Assembly (NCBI RefSeq): GCF_964204645.1 | Contig: NC_134026.1 | Span: 28,740,150 to 28,804,149, forward strand | DNA: 64,000 bases | Direction of reading: 5' to 3' | From: Tubulanus polymorphus | Lineage: Eukaryota; Animalia; Nemertea | Shown here: positions 26,279 through 49,500 of the stretch, in pieces | How the letters are laid out: every line of letters starts with the position of its first letter | How positions within the stretch are numbered: position 1 is the first letter of the stretch | The notes under the pieces: generated by a model | What the model saw: only the letters and a program-made list of their open reading frames with translations | What the model was told of the DNA's origin: nothing | Databases searched by the model: none | Position numbers and translations under genes: made by a program

Positions 26279-26829
26279 CTATTCATCAAGCAGCTACTAC
26301 GGGAACTTCAACAACTGAAAATATTACAATAAATCTATATATTAGCCGGGTGGATGACGAAATTCCCTTGTTTAAAATCAACCATCCATGACGACTGCAT
26401 GTGTGTTGAGCAATCATTGAGTAATCACATAAAAGGACGGCTTTAACTTTATTACAAGTATCAAATCTTGACTTAAGCATAAGAAAAATGATATCTGATC
26501 GCTCACCTTATCGTCGCTGCGGATGATGTGGTCTAGTGTACTGTTTCGTGGCGATCGTGATCTCAGCGGCCTGGAGATGGTGTTGCCTGTGGAGCTGTCA
26601 GTCAGTGTTCGTGTGATGATGTGGTGCTAAATGAATGATCGTTCATGCACCAAAAAATGCTCGTTCAATAGTAAATTCGTGATATTAGATTACGCCGACT
26701 CTACTGCCACATTAACCCACTACTACGACCTTTATCACAGGTAGAGCATGCACATTTTGAAGTACCGAGTTGGACTTCAGCTCTCGACGTTTCGATGTTT
26801 CAGCCGCGTCCGGGACGAAGGAAAACCCA

Positions 26830-26915
26830 AGGTTAAAATTACGTCATTTCCTTCACGTGAATATACGAATTCAGCCAATCACAGCGCTGCGCTACAATTA
26901 CAAACCAATCGATAA
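26830..26915 (-). promoter_or_regulatory. Putative PPP1R3 proximal promoter
   Basis: CRE/ATF-like ttacgtca (26839-26846), E-box cacgtg (26854-26859) and CCAAT boxes (26875, 26905), just upstream of a non-coding exon whose donor is at 26506. Confidence 0.5.
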
Positions 26916-27153
26916 AGCGGGTTAGCCGAATGAACAGCTGATTGTATTGAATCACTACACGATATTCCCGATGAAATAACCTCCGTGTCTGTGAATCAAT
27001 GATTCAACTTGAAAGGTTAATCAGAAACCTACATAATTCTAAGATCTTGATTACGAAAAAGGAACCAACTTTCCGAGACTTGTAGATCACATTTTAATTC
27101 CAGAAAAAAGGCTATCTGATTTTTGAGTATAAACAATTTTTATTCTACAATTA

Positions 27154-29362
27154 TTAAATGAGACAAATAGCACCAGATTGAACTAACGAAGCAACTGGAC
27201 GATATCTGATAACGTGCTGGTCACCTTTCACAAGATTCATCACTTCTTCCCTGAAATGGCATATAAAAAACAATCTCTTTAATTTTCTATTTATTGCGGG
27301 ATCATGGAAATTTTTCATAGTTCCTGGTGCGTGTCGGTTTTGTTAAAAATAACTCTAAACCGGTCACTACTGAAAGAGGCGAATCTAAATGTAGATTCAC
27401 CACTTCAAGGTCAGTGAAGGCATGAATAACAGGCCAAGGTCACAACTCAAGATAGCCGTTACCTCTGAGTAAACTTTTGTTTAGATGAAAAACTTAAATG
27501 CAAGTGGATATTTATAATGTACCTCAAAAACAAATTAAGCATTCATGATTAAATCAATTTACCCAGTATCAGCAGTTTCTTCTTCAACAATTACACCTTC
27601 AGTATCTTCTAATACCTTCAGGAATACATAACTATTTAGATTTGGCTTGATCGCTACAAATAGATTATACAAATAGAAATCATCATTTATTTCAGGGTGG
27701 CTACTTTTATCTAACTTGCAATTTTCCCAGCAATCACAACAAATTTCCCTGATTTTTAGCTTTCGTACAAAATTTCATGACTTTTTAAAAAGGAAAAGAA
27801 AATTCTCTGATATCCCGGTAAGTGGTCACCCTGTTTTTGAGTACATGTACTGTGATTATGTCAGTTTATTGATTTTGCACTTCTTAAAATCCTTTCTTGA
27901 CATATCATCTAATATTATGCAAGAAACCTGTAAACATTTTCAAATATATCTGATTTCAAATATTTAGTTCGACACAATGCAAAGTAATTGCCACACTCAC
28001 CAGTCTGTTTAGAATCTATAGTTTGAAGGTTAGGGGGCATATGTCGCAAACCTAATACCTTGAAATGGCTTTCTATGTTTTCTAAATACCTATGAAAACA
28101 AATCAAACTAAAGTATACAAAACAATAATACATATGGATAACATAGTTATGACAAATCAGTGAATATGCTGTACATAAAAGAATATGATATAATTATAGT
28201 AAAACTACTTCAGCAAATCGCTATGCAATAAACTATCAATAATCACACAATTAATCGTTTGATTGCATTAATTTTGTAAACTCACTCTTTAGCAAATGCG
28301 TACTCTTCAGGCGATAAATGTGGAATATCACTTTCACTTCTTTCAGCTTCTTTATCCAATATATAAGAGGTATATTGTTCTATCTATGGAATATAAAATA
28401 AACATATGTATCCAAATATCAATTCATTCTCATAAGTTTTAAGATATATTGGAACATATCTGAGCTGTTGGAGATAGCTACCTTTTTTAATCGTGTCCTC
28501 AGATAACTGCTTATTACATATCTTATTCGATCAATCTTAAATTAAATGTTCAAGCAAAATATACTTTCATTGCTTTATATTTCAGTACGAGGCTGTGCAT
28601 TTCTGCACTAGAGTCGACCATAATCTCTGAATATACATACCTCCATTTTATGAATAAAAACTCTAAAATCATTTTTCTTTGCACGTTGTATATTTTCTTC
28701 CATCTCTTTTACTTGTTCTAACATACAATCAACAAGATCAGATTTTATTTCAAGCAGTTCCGGGGAAAACTTCTCATTCATCCATGCCTAAAAATAAATG
28801 AATCACCAGCAATAATGCAACTGCAGACAGAATTTACGACAATAACAAAAGTACTAAAAGCAAAACCAATGTCCTTGTATAAATTCAACTTTGTGGAGTT
28901 TTGAATTCATTTTCTGGCCCAAATTTCTTTTTGTGAAACAGGATCCCAGCCTGGGTTAAAAAAGTTATAAAACCTGGGCCTTGCAAAAGGAGCAACTATA
29001 GGCTAAATCAAAATATCACTTATTCGAATTTGCAAAAAGATTATAATTTATCAACAAAAAATAGGTAAAAAAAAAATAAGGGAAGAACGATCATATCGAA
29101 ACAATCAGATTTTAATTGATGATGCGGATAAAGCTTGGACTGGAGAAGGAACTTGAATGAACGAAGGAAACCCGAGAAGCAGCAGGGAAAAGGAACTGGA
29201 TCTATAATGGATGGAGGAAGTCGAATGTCAATTGATTTTCGATGATCCGGACTGAATTTGAAAATGTGTCCATACTTCTTCCAACTTTACGAGAACTTCC
29301 GAAGCTGTCATCGTTTCTGCCTCTTCATCCTGGGTATGTGGATTACCGTCCAGCTCATCCAT
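27154..29362 (-). CDS. GINS4: GINS complex subunit 4 (Sld5), 7 exons
   Basis: MDELDG...EVLVKLEE | AWMNEKFSPELL...IHKME | IDRIRYVISSYLRTRLKK | IEQY...LSPEEYAFAKE | YLENIESHF...LRHMPPNLQ | PNLNSYVFLKV | LVKGDQHVIRYRPVASLVQSGAICLI*. Confidence 0.93.
27693..27833. mobile_element. hAT-like MITE remnant
   Basis: Imperfect TIRs cagggtggctactt / aagtggtcaccctg in a GINS4 intron; no clear TSD. Confidence 0.55.
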
Positions 29363-29778
29363 CAGTGAATTAGTGGACTTAGCAGCGTAGTTTTTGCAAA
29401 TAATTTTGGTCCGAGGGATCGGTAATTGTTGTATTTACCGCTACATAAAATTGTTTAACTGCAGGTGTATTAATTTTTGGCATAATTTTGGGATTCGAAC
29501 CAAACCACTTGAGAAGAGTAGACTTAATCAGATATTAGAGAGTTCGAATCTCGGCCACTAACCCTAACCCTTATTGCAGATTCGAATCCCGATACTGTCC
29601 ATAATTTACAACATTATCAAATCAGAATTATTTATTCGTAAACGTATAGAAAATAATACTAGAAAACTTTTTCGTATTGTAAATTGTAGTGAAAGTTGGA
29701 TTAATTTCATTCGTATCCGTGTGGCGTAGGCGTACAGCACGTCTGGGCGAGAGCGGAGAGGAGAGTGAGAATGTAAAC
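29363..29778. promoter_or_regulatory. Divergent promoter GINS4 / tankyrase
   Basis: ATGs at 29362 (-) and 29779 (+). Three B-box-like ttcgaa motifs and taaccctaaccc at 29559-29570. Confidence 0.6.
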
Positions 29779-35998
<6,220 letters not shown>

Positions 35999-37079
35999 TT
36001 AGAATACTGACGAAAACATTTTAATCGTTTGATACAAGACTTGTCGGATATAATATCATTATCATTTCTGTACATGAATTTCATACTTTTTTACGTGGAA
36101 ATCGACCATTAGATTCTTTTGTTCCTGGATGGATTTTGTTTGTAACTCTTGGATAGTTATATCTATTGCTAATATCTAGTCATCAAAAATACAAATTGTA
36201 CAAATCATGCCGACAATAATTTTTGTAACTGAACAAATGAATAGTACCTTTCATGTAAAATTGAATCTTTAGTTTTAATATATTATTATTATTATTATTA
36301 TATGTAGTAGAACATTATCACTTGTAATCAACCTGTTGAAAATAAATGTTTGGCTTATTTGTTAAATCTGTTGAATCAATCTTATTCATTTAGCATACAT
36401 GGTTTGTAGAAAGAAGGATTAAGCAAAAATAAGCACTTTTGTTGAGGAAAAAGTAGCACTTTCTTTTTGTTGAGTCGTGCCCATGACAGACATTATATCC
36501 GTATCCGCCCATTGCAAACCATAGCAAATTACCAACTAGACCAACTGACCCTGTACACATGATTAAATTCTTATCTTTTTAACCAAAATAAAAAAGAAAT
36601 ATATGAAAAATATTGGGACATATTTCTTTTACAAGTAGCTTCCAATGCTTAGTTATTTAGAGAACAATTTCATTGAATGAGGTATTCGAATTGCCCAGAT
36701 TCAGCTGGGTACAGAGAAATAGTGGTCAGATCTCGACCGTCTAGTGCTGCCCCTTTGTATAATGAAAGCGAAGGAAACGTGAACTAATATGATATTCGCT
36801 TGCCAGAGTCCTAGAGTGGTCTTAGTGGACAAACTATTTACCGATTTGCGGGCTGGTTTCTGAAAAAAATCTAAAAAAGAACAGCACTGAACTGAAACTA
36901 CCCCGAGTTAATTTGTATCAGATAATTTCCATTATGTTTGCGAGATCGAGGGCGACGGGTGGATAAGTTGTCAACATCCCAAGACTGACTTCAACACTGC
37001 ATGGGCTATTTTATACCGAATGACCTCACAAGAACTAAGACTGATAAACATTTCATTTTATTTATTACAGTGAACATGA

Positions 37080-37840
37080 TTACGAAAGCATTTGTAAGAT
37101 TTGTTTGGCACGGTCACTCTTTTCTTTCAATTTGTCGCTACCTGAAAGAGCAAAAAGTGAAGTTTATGTTAAACGTTCTTGGTTAATAGTCATAAAGTAG
37201 ATGTTGAGCGCTTACCCTCGGCCTCAGAATCACTGGGTGGATCAGTTTCTATCATTTTCTCCGCTTGTTCTATTGTACTTTCTCTAGCTTTACCTTTCAT
37301 ATCGACCATATACTCTAACAATGATTGGAAATGCTTATCTGATATCTGAAATGAGTCGTTATCTTTTTTATTCATTCTAACAAACAATAAAATCTTTATA
37401 ATCATACAAAAACAAACCTTATCACTGTCATAGAGATTTCTTAATAACCAGACTTGTCGTGTTTTTTTGAAATGCCAATTTTTACGATCTGATTTCCACA
37501 GCTTTAGATAATCTAAACTGAATTCAGCTTGAGTTGCTTTTTCCTTCCGTTTCGCCTTTTTAGATTTTTTTGCAGGGGTTTCAGTGGAACCTGGTTCTGT
37601 GTCGTTTTGTTCAGGATCTTTAGTCTCTTCGTGTGATCGTTTCTTACTCTTCTTTTTTTCAAGCTTCTTAGGAGACTCTTGTTCTGTGTCAACTGATTCT
37701 ATTTCTGTAACAACCTCTGTAGGTTCCTCAATCTTTTTTACTTTTTTGGTTTTTATCTTTTTCTTTTTAGAACTGTCAGGGCACTCGGTCTCATTCTGTT
37801 TCAATTTTTTGGCAGGGGTTTTGACATTAGAATGCACCAT
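37080..37840 (-). CDS. C7orf50: C7orf50-like WKF-domain protein (Lys-rich N-terminus), 3 coding exons
   Basis: LDYLKLWKSDRKNWHFKKTRQVWLLRNLYDSDK | ISDKHFQSLLEYMVDMKGKARE...AE | ...DRAKQILQMLS*. Confidence 0.85.
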
Positions 37841-38260
37841 TTTTAATAACAACCTATGTGAAAAAAGCAAAAAATGTGAAAAATTTTCTTTGTCTTAAAT
37901 CAGCGTAAATCAGACAGAGTAATATTGTTAATGTTATATCAGACAAAAATATTAAGTTACCCATATACTACTACTGAGAGTCAGTGTCTGTCAGTGAAAC
38001 ACTACAGCGTCACAGCAATCTCATTATATTTCTAACAATAAGCTCATTAAATCGATTAAACAACAATAAATTAATCAAGAGACTTACAATTCAAGATGTG
38101 AAACAAATAATTTCAACAAATGTACGGTCGAACACGTGTGTATTGAATTGTATTGAGATGGGAAATAAAGCAAAGTTGTTGTGTTGTGGCTGTAATATTT
38201 CATAATTCCTCGCTTGCCGCAATCACTTTGACCTTCACCTCTATCACCAGCAAGATCAAA

Positions 38261-39774
38261 ATGGCGACTATGTTACGGCCCGCTGCATCCCGTTTAGGAA
38301 CCGCTTTTAAGCTTTCATCACGGCTTTTTGTAGCCCAACAACGAACTAGAAATTATGCCGACATGGCTTTCACATTCGCCAGTCCCAGCGAGGTTCGTAT
38401 TCAACGGAATTATTGTCGAAAAATAGAATTTTATTGGGAGAATTTCTCAGTCAAAGTTTAATTCAATTAAAATGATTTTATTGCCCTTTTTCTTGATTTA
38501 GGTATTGTACAACAAGGCGGCCGTGAAACAAGTCGACGTTCCCTCGATGAGTGGTAGTTTTGGTATTCTACCCGAGCATGTACCATCATTAGCCGTTCTT
38601 AAACCAGGAGTGGTTACCGTTTATGAGGAAGATGGTTCACAAAATAAATATTTTGGTATGCACAAGGCATTTAATTTTTCAGAGGCAGCAGCAGCAGTGT
38701 ATGCATATTTCTTTGAGTATTAATCTGTAGCCCTTAGTTCTGATACAAATAGTCACAGGGGCCTGACACCGGTATCCTAGGTACTGTATCAAAATTCTTT
38801 GAGATATATATTTTTTTACAGTACCTAGGATACTGGGGTCAAAAACATGTTGCATCTGGCCCCAGTGAAATAAGTGGGCACTTTTTTAAAGCATGCTGAT
38901 AAAAACTGTCCTTGTTACAGTTCATTTGTTAGCAATTCATTAAAAATCCTGAACACTACTGTAGTCTTAAGTGATCAAAATGGGAAGAATGGCGATTAAA
39001 TATTGATTGTTGAGAGGGTTAAACTGCATTAATACGGCTCATTTATGAGTTAGGATATGCTGAAAGTGTTAGATGGCGCTACCGTGCTGTATATCCGAAT
39101 TTGACCAGAAAATCTGTAGATTTAATAAAGTGAAGTGTTGATTTATTTTTGATGTTATTTATTCATACAGTAAGCAGTGGTTCTGTTACAATCAATGATG
39201 ATTCATCAGTACAGGTATTGGCCGAAGAAGCTGTTCCAGTTGATCAACTCGATGCCCAGGTAAAAACTACTATTGTTCCTGGCTATTAATACATATTTTT
39301 CAAATTTGAATGTTCAGTTTTGTTACTTGATTTAGGTCTCAAAATGACCAGAATTGATGGGCAGTTCCCCTGTCTTCCCATTCAGGTTGCCATTCATCAA
39401 GACAAAATATTGCTAAAACCTGAAAATTTGACTCGTCCTCGTGGAAATTGCATATTTTCAGATTTATTCCTTCAAAATATCTAACACTGAGGGTGGAACC
39501 CCGCTTATGGCCTGACAAAATGTGCTTTATCGGAAAAAATATCTTTTCTTCTTCTGTCTTCCAATTTCGCTAGATCTGCTCCTTTCATCATTATCCGTAC
39601 TATTTTTGTGTATGAGTGTTAGATGTTTTATTTCTTATTTTATAGATGATTCGCGATGGTATGACGAAGGCATCGCAGGATCTCACATCTGCATCAACCG
39701 ACGTAGCCAAGGCAGAAGCCGAAATAGCCATTGAATGTTACGATTCTCTATTGAAAGCCATGGACACTCATTAA
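38261..39774 (+). CDS. ATP5F1D: Mitochondrial ATP synthase F1 subunit delta
   Basis: Transit peptide MATMLRPAASRL...; MAFTFASPSE | VKQVDVPSMSGSFGILPEHVPSLAVLKPGVVTV | VSSGSVTINDDSSVQVLAEEAV | ...AKAEAEIAIE...TH*. Confidence 0.97.
38754..38867. mobile_element. Degenerate member of the CACAGGG palindromic MITE family
   Basis: Shares gtatcctaggtact...agtacctaggatactggggtcaaaa with 22398-22520; termini cacagggg / ccccagtg. Lies in an ATP5F1D intron. Confidence 0.75.
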
Positions 39775-40283
39775 TACTAACTAAACTCTTAGCGCGTGTT
39801 GTGTGAAAATTACGAATTATTTATAGAATTAAAATGAAGGTTTTCCCGGCCTGATTTGAATATTCCAATGATATGTCTTGAAAAATGGTAGTTTGTACAA
39901 ATAACACTGCAGAATAATACCAGGCAGTTTACTTGTTAATAAAAATAGGTTTTCAAATGATATCTAAAATATCTTGTCCTCTGTGAGATGGGATTTTTTT
40001 TCTTTCATCTCGGGTCTTCCAGTGGCAATTTTTTTCCAAAGTGTATTTGCTGATGAAACTAAGGTAAGCTATAACCGATGATCACTACGTAACAGATGGT
40101 TGCAGAACTTTGAATTTACTTTATTCAAACATATTTTAGAATAATGAATTTTTTTTATAAGAACATATCATAACAGTTAATATATACACAGTACTGTAAT
40201 ACGATGCCGTTTTTCAGCCATAGTTTTCAATCTCTGCCATTATTTCGGTTGATGGAGTAAATTGGCCTGTGACTTTGATTATT

Positions 40284-40769
40284 TCACATTTTAGCAGGAA
40301 CTGAAAATACAAAACAATTTTGAAACGACTGGACGAACTCGAATGTTATCGGATTAGATATTCATCGGTCTTTTTACTTACTTTCAACAATTTCGTTTTG
40401 TCTTTCAAATTGCGGACATGCCATTAGTGTACAACCGGCGACTCCTGGATGGGCGCTACAGAAACACGAGTTGCAATCGTTCTTGAATACGAGTCCGATA
40501 TCTTTTTCACCGTTACACACTTCTTTCGGTGTTCCGTATATCGGTGGACATCCTATTCTAGTACAGGCAGCTAGTCCCGGCGCATTGGAACAAGTGCAAT
40601 AATTACAGTCGTGTTTGAAGTGTTTACCGCTGTCTTCGGGACCGTGGCAGATTCCTTTCGGCGTTCCAGTCAGTTCATTGTTGTGACCGCCTATTGGTCG
40701 CGGTACAGCAGGAACTACCCGACATGTGATGCTCACAATCAGCGCAGAGAATACAACAAATTTCAACAT
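40284..40769 (-). CDS. Secreted pacifastin-like serine protease inhibitor with two domains
   Basis: Signal peptide MLKFVVFSALIVSITC and two C-x13-CNxCxC-x4-G-x3-CTxxxC units. Donor gtaagt at ~40381 leads to a short last exon 40300-40284 (IPAKM*); a non-coding 5' exon lies near 41171. Confidence 0.85.
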
Positions 40770-41722
40770 TTTTCCTGAAAGAACAATTTCAATATCACAC
40801 TGTTTGATAATTTTTTGATGCGATAAACGCCTACAAAGCGTAAAATATTACCTAATGACGCCCCCCACGCCCAAGCTGACGCGTATATTTTTTTCTGATT
40901 CAGATTCTACAGACAGTTGGAAAACTGGAGTAACCAGTATATATTCAAGGATATATCTAAGGCCCCGTTTGCATATACCGGTATTCACCGAAACTAGCAT
41001 TTTTATGAAATAAATTTTGTTGAAAAACCGACGAAGGGTTTAAAATCACTGATACATAACACAAATTGCCCAGTTAATTAAATTTCGATCGAACAAATGC
41101 TTTATAACTGCATTAGAAAAGGAAAATCTTATTACAAAAATTTGAATTTTTTTCGAAAATCTAGACTCACCTTCAGTTTGGCACTTCTCGTAGCTTGTGC
41201 ACTTTTCTACTTCTCTAACCCGTACTGGATCGAAATGATATGATACGATTTATTATATACTGACCCGATAATGATAATTGTAATCATTCGGTCATAAAAC
41301 ATTTTGCCAAAGAGTTGACCTAATATTTATATGCCTCTTGATAGCTAGTCAGGCCGGAATTCGGTAATTCGACTCGAGACTCGTGAAAATATTATGGGGT
41401 GAAAAAAACTGCCTTAAAGTGCACACTTTTCGATCACGCATAAAAATGAAATAATAGATCATCGATAATTTTCCATTATCTGAAAAAGGTTCTGGTCACT
41501 CATTGAAATATGGAAAGGCTATTTAAATGAGGTTTTCGCACTAAGACGAATCATCGCCGCAGCTGTGCAGTTTATCGGCAGGATTCGAGCCTAAAGCAGT
41601 GAAGTGATGATCCTCTGGTGGAGAGAAACTAATAGCAACAGTTTGACAAGTTCTGTTGACGTTTATACATGTCATTTGTCATGTTTTGTCGCCGTTACTA
41701 ACTAATTATCGTGCACAGAGTT

Positions 41723-45465
<3,743 letters not shown>

Positions 45466-45888
45466 GGTAGTCAGTGCTGTATCTAGTCAAAGTATTATGT
45501 AACGCAACAAACATTGTTGACATATTTTTTTGTATGGAATAATGGAACATTCATTCCGTCTATCAATCTACGGTCCTTTTCAATTGTGGTCTTACAGAAG
45601 AGCAATTATCTGTTCTTCTCTTACGACAATCGCGTTTGGAAGTATTTGTCAATTCTACCGGCAGAAATCTTCTATAGAGAAGAATATTCCGTCTCCTGGA
45701 AGAGCGCAATTGAAAAGGCCCTGATAGAAACGGTTGAAATGAAAATGGCTGCTCCCACCCGTGACTGGTCTTACGTGGTGGATGATACCATATCGAATTG
45801 ATGTAAGCACTGAGCTGGTTCACTCAGTCATATCTTGACGAACTAAATCGGCAAACTGAGTTGATCGATCTTAAATGAATTAGGGATT

Positions 45889-45949
45889 TGTATGTATATG
45901 TATGTATATGTATGTTTATGTATGTTTATGTATGTGTATGTATGCATGT
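45889..45949. repeat. Imperfect (TATG)n microsatellite
   Basis: Directly visible in the CCDC149 3' region. Confidence 0.9.
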
Positions 45950-46579
45950 TTGTTATTGTTATATGATATGCTACCGCAGTGATGTGTTGATATTTCCATA
46001 TCATTGAATCCTGTCACCCAGGAGTCTTGGGAGTCATGTGTTACCGACTGGACTATTGTCAGTGTGAGAGCTGTTACGAACAAGTTTGAACTTTTATCAT
46101 TTGAATGCATTTCTAGTCAGAGACATCACAGTTGATAACGATTGAATATTTATTCATCGTTCCATTTAACGTTATTATTACGTAACATAAATATATAATT
46201 GTGCGAATATTGTTTATTTATGAATTATTAGAAAGGTTTTGTTATTTGGGAGACTTCATCGTTCAGACCATGTTATTACTGATTGATAATATAGCCTAGT
46301 TTAGTAGGTCTATATAGACCTATAATAGATAGTGTAAGTTATTTAGACGCGTGATCTGAGGTTATTATACATGTTTGTGTCGATTGTTAATTCCGTTATT
46401 ACAAAGGTTTAATCGCTCTAGATTATGTACGATAATGTGACATATTACGAGTAAATTTCCAAACCAAACACATCGTATTTGTTCAGTGACATGGTAAATA
46501 AAATACTATTTTCTAAAAAAAGCAACATAAATGCACTCTCGTTTGATTAATTCTGGTCCACAAAAGACGTCTTTTGATT

Positions 46580-49500
46580 TCATTTTACGCCGTAACTCGT
46601 TCCAACTAAAGTTGATAACGCAGTGAAATATGACGAATAAAGGATTCTCGTTCCCTGGCTACTGGTCATTCGTAGAACTCTGTTCATTACGTTTTCTTGC
46701 ACGGCCCTCTCTGGAAAGAGTAAAACAGCATGAAGGAATGGCATCCACCGTATCAGTGACTGGTTACGTGTATGATATCGGACCTTCTTGGCTCTCGTCC
46801 GTTGGGTCCAGTTTATCATTCCAAAGAGCTGCTGATAAATCACTTCCACACTTGCCAGTGGTGGCATTGCGAGTATACCCGACAACGCACGCGCAATAAT
46901 GACCTCCTACTGAATTCCTGCAAAACTCATAACCTTTCGTGCAGTTATTCAGGTTTTCGGCGCATTCGTCAATATCTGTAACAGATATCAATTACCAGAT
47001 AGTCAATACATGTTTATAATATTTTCTTGAGGAATGCCCAGAAAGGACGTACCAATACATAACTCATAACGCATGTCCCATTTGAAACCAGCATTGTCCG
47101 CTTCACAATCGCATGTATAGTTCATTCTATTCTTCACTAAATCATCAAAACTAGTATTTTCTTGGAATTTCACTTCACACGATGATGCAGATCCAATTCC
47201 ATGGCACGGATTCTCGCAGTGGTTATCGGAAAAACAGGTTGCTTTATATTCGTCTGGTAGACGTTCTCTATCCTCTAAAGAGTTGAGTGTTACTGCCGCT
47301 TTCCGCTCAAATTTCTTGCCGAAACACGGATCTGAAAATGGATACAAAACTTTTATTCTGAGAGCATTCCATGAGAAAGCGCAGATTATATCAGTCATTT
47401 TTTTTGTTCCCCAAATACGAAATTCTCACAAATATTTGTTTCGGTAGAATTCGATCAAAACGGCACAGTTCTGCAGATTTCTGACGACTAACGTCATTTT
47501 GATTTCTATTTCTATTTCAAACCTGGACAAAAGACATGGTAAGCAGCCATATAAGGCTGTTTGAATTTATCAAAATGAAGCCATTTGTCGAGATGTCGGA
47601 ATCGCCTTCCACAAGTCTTACAACCGTCTGCAAAATGTTTCAGTTCTTTATGTCTGGCTAACGTGTACCAACACATATAATACGACGCAGTTGCCTAAAA
47701 ACAAACACAATATGATATTCCCATCATAATAAACTTGTCAGAATAATGTACTATTTTATTTATCAAATGTCACGTCGAGTGTATTTGCCGACATTATAGA
47801 TGGATGATACTCGTCGCTACCACATAGGAATTGGGAAACGTGTTGAATTCGCATTACGGGTAACTGGTGATGTGATCCAGGGTGACGGGAGGGGAGGGGT
47901 AAGATCCCCGGTGTGATAAATGTCTACAGCCGAAGATGATTGAGGCGTAAATATGGCCGCTGTGAATTTAAGCTGCTAACAAATTTTCTTGTCAACAATA
48001 TTCAGAAATATTCATCGACACATTTTCGAGTATGCCGGTGTCTTATCGCTGAGATATTTCTAATTTCCATTTTCTTGCGTCGTGAGAAGCGATCAATTTC
48101 AACAGGTTGTTGTTGCATGTCGTAAATCGGATTCAATTTATAAGCGTACTTTATTTCTCTTCTAATTATTGGGTTCATGGGGAGTTGACGTACGATAGTC
48201 ATTTTAAGTCGTTTGTCTTAATACCGGTGGAGCAAGAAACAGACATTTTCACGCAGTTTCTGCGCGTTCTAATTACCTCAATTTTTTTCTCAAGTCGATT
48301 AAAGTTCATGGGGAAAAAGTCGTCAAGGATAATGGAATTAGATCTTAATGGAGATGTCAGAGAACATCACGAAACTGTCAAAGTATATAGAATGTTGGCT
48401 GCAGTGTTGATAGTGTCGCATTACGGGGATGATCGTAGGAATTTTCACTCACCCGGAAATGAAATCGTTCTATAAACGAATTGAACGGATTATAGAAGTT
48501 GGTCCTGAGCTTGCCTTTAGCTGAAACTAGCGCCCGTGGATTATATATGTAAGCCAAATTTGGCGTTCCTGTCGATTTGTAGTACTTTTTGAATGTCGGA
48601 GCGTTTTTCGCCTTCTTTTCGATTTCCAATACGCACGAGTACAGACCTTTCTCACACGCTCTTTTCACCTTCGATTCCATAACTTTCAGGGATGGCGATG
48701 GAAAGTGGTTTGCAAATTCCTGGAAATTATTTACTTTAAGTCATTAAAAGCATAGATATTCCATTCCGTAATGAAACCAGCGAACAGGAGTGGATTTAGG
48801 GGTGGTCTCGGAGGTCAGGACCTCCATCCCATCAAGGCTGCCCTTTTTGTCAATTTAGAAATTGTAAAAACCTGCAAATTTGACGCTGGTCGTCTCGGAA
48901 ATTACATCTTTTAGGGTGGGTTTCTTCAAAAATATCTGGCTAACCCTAAATGGAGGGATTCCGATTGGCCTTGGACCCCGGCCTACCAATTTTCCTAGAT
49001 CCACCTGGTGAGGAAAGACTACTTCATGATTGAGAATCACTAAATTTTTTTGCGTCAGGCCTATCTCTTTCTGGTACACAGAAAGTTGCATCGCGATTTG
49101 CAGAAATACAGTAATCATACCAATCAGACACATCTCAGAATAGGAATTTAATTACACTATGATCGTAGCATCCCTTCGGGGAATTGAGAATTTACCGCAT
49201 AAACTCACTCGTGGCTTTTATCGGGGGGAAATCATCGCTAGAATACTAATTAAAAACGAGATGGGAATACAATTAACAACATTTTTGTTCTTCTATGACA
49301 CGTGAGAAACACATGGACTCGGCATTAATGAACTCTGTTCAATCGAATATTTTCAGTTATATCGAATAATATTTTCTTCGTAAGATTTCAGATTGTTCTT
49401 GTGCTGATTGCGATTTTCTATAAAATCAATGGATCTTGAGAATGAGTATTATTCTAGTATTTCACCACGGTAACGGTCATACCCCAGTTCAAACACGTCA

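Noticed and set aside
29117-29255. Possible C/D-box snoRNA (TGATGA...CTGA) in GINS4 intron 1
   Set aside because: It is antisense to the host intron, the terminal stem is weak, and I could not identify an rRNA guide.
29490-29595. tRNA gene or interstitial telomere in the tankyrase promoter
   Set aside because: The ttcgaa loops lack a full T-stem, D-arm and acceptor stem, and there are only two TAACCC units, which is expected by chance or from repeats.
48855-49133. Intronic ORFs as extra exons of the EGF gene (also 48002-48202)
   Set aside because: For 48855-49133 the splice phase is incompatible with the next exon, and in both cases the flanking exons join directly in frame.
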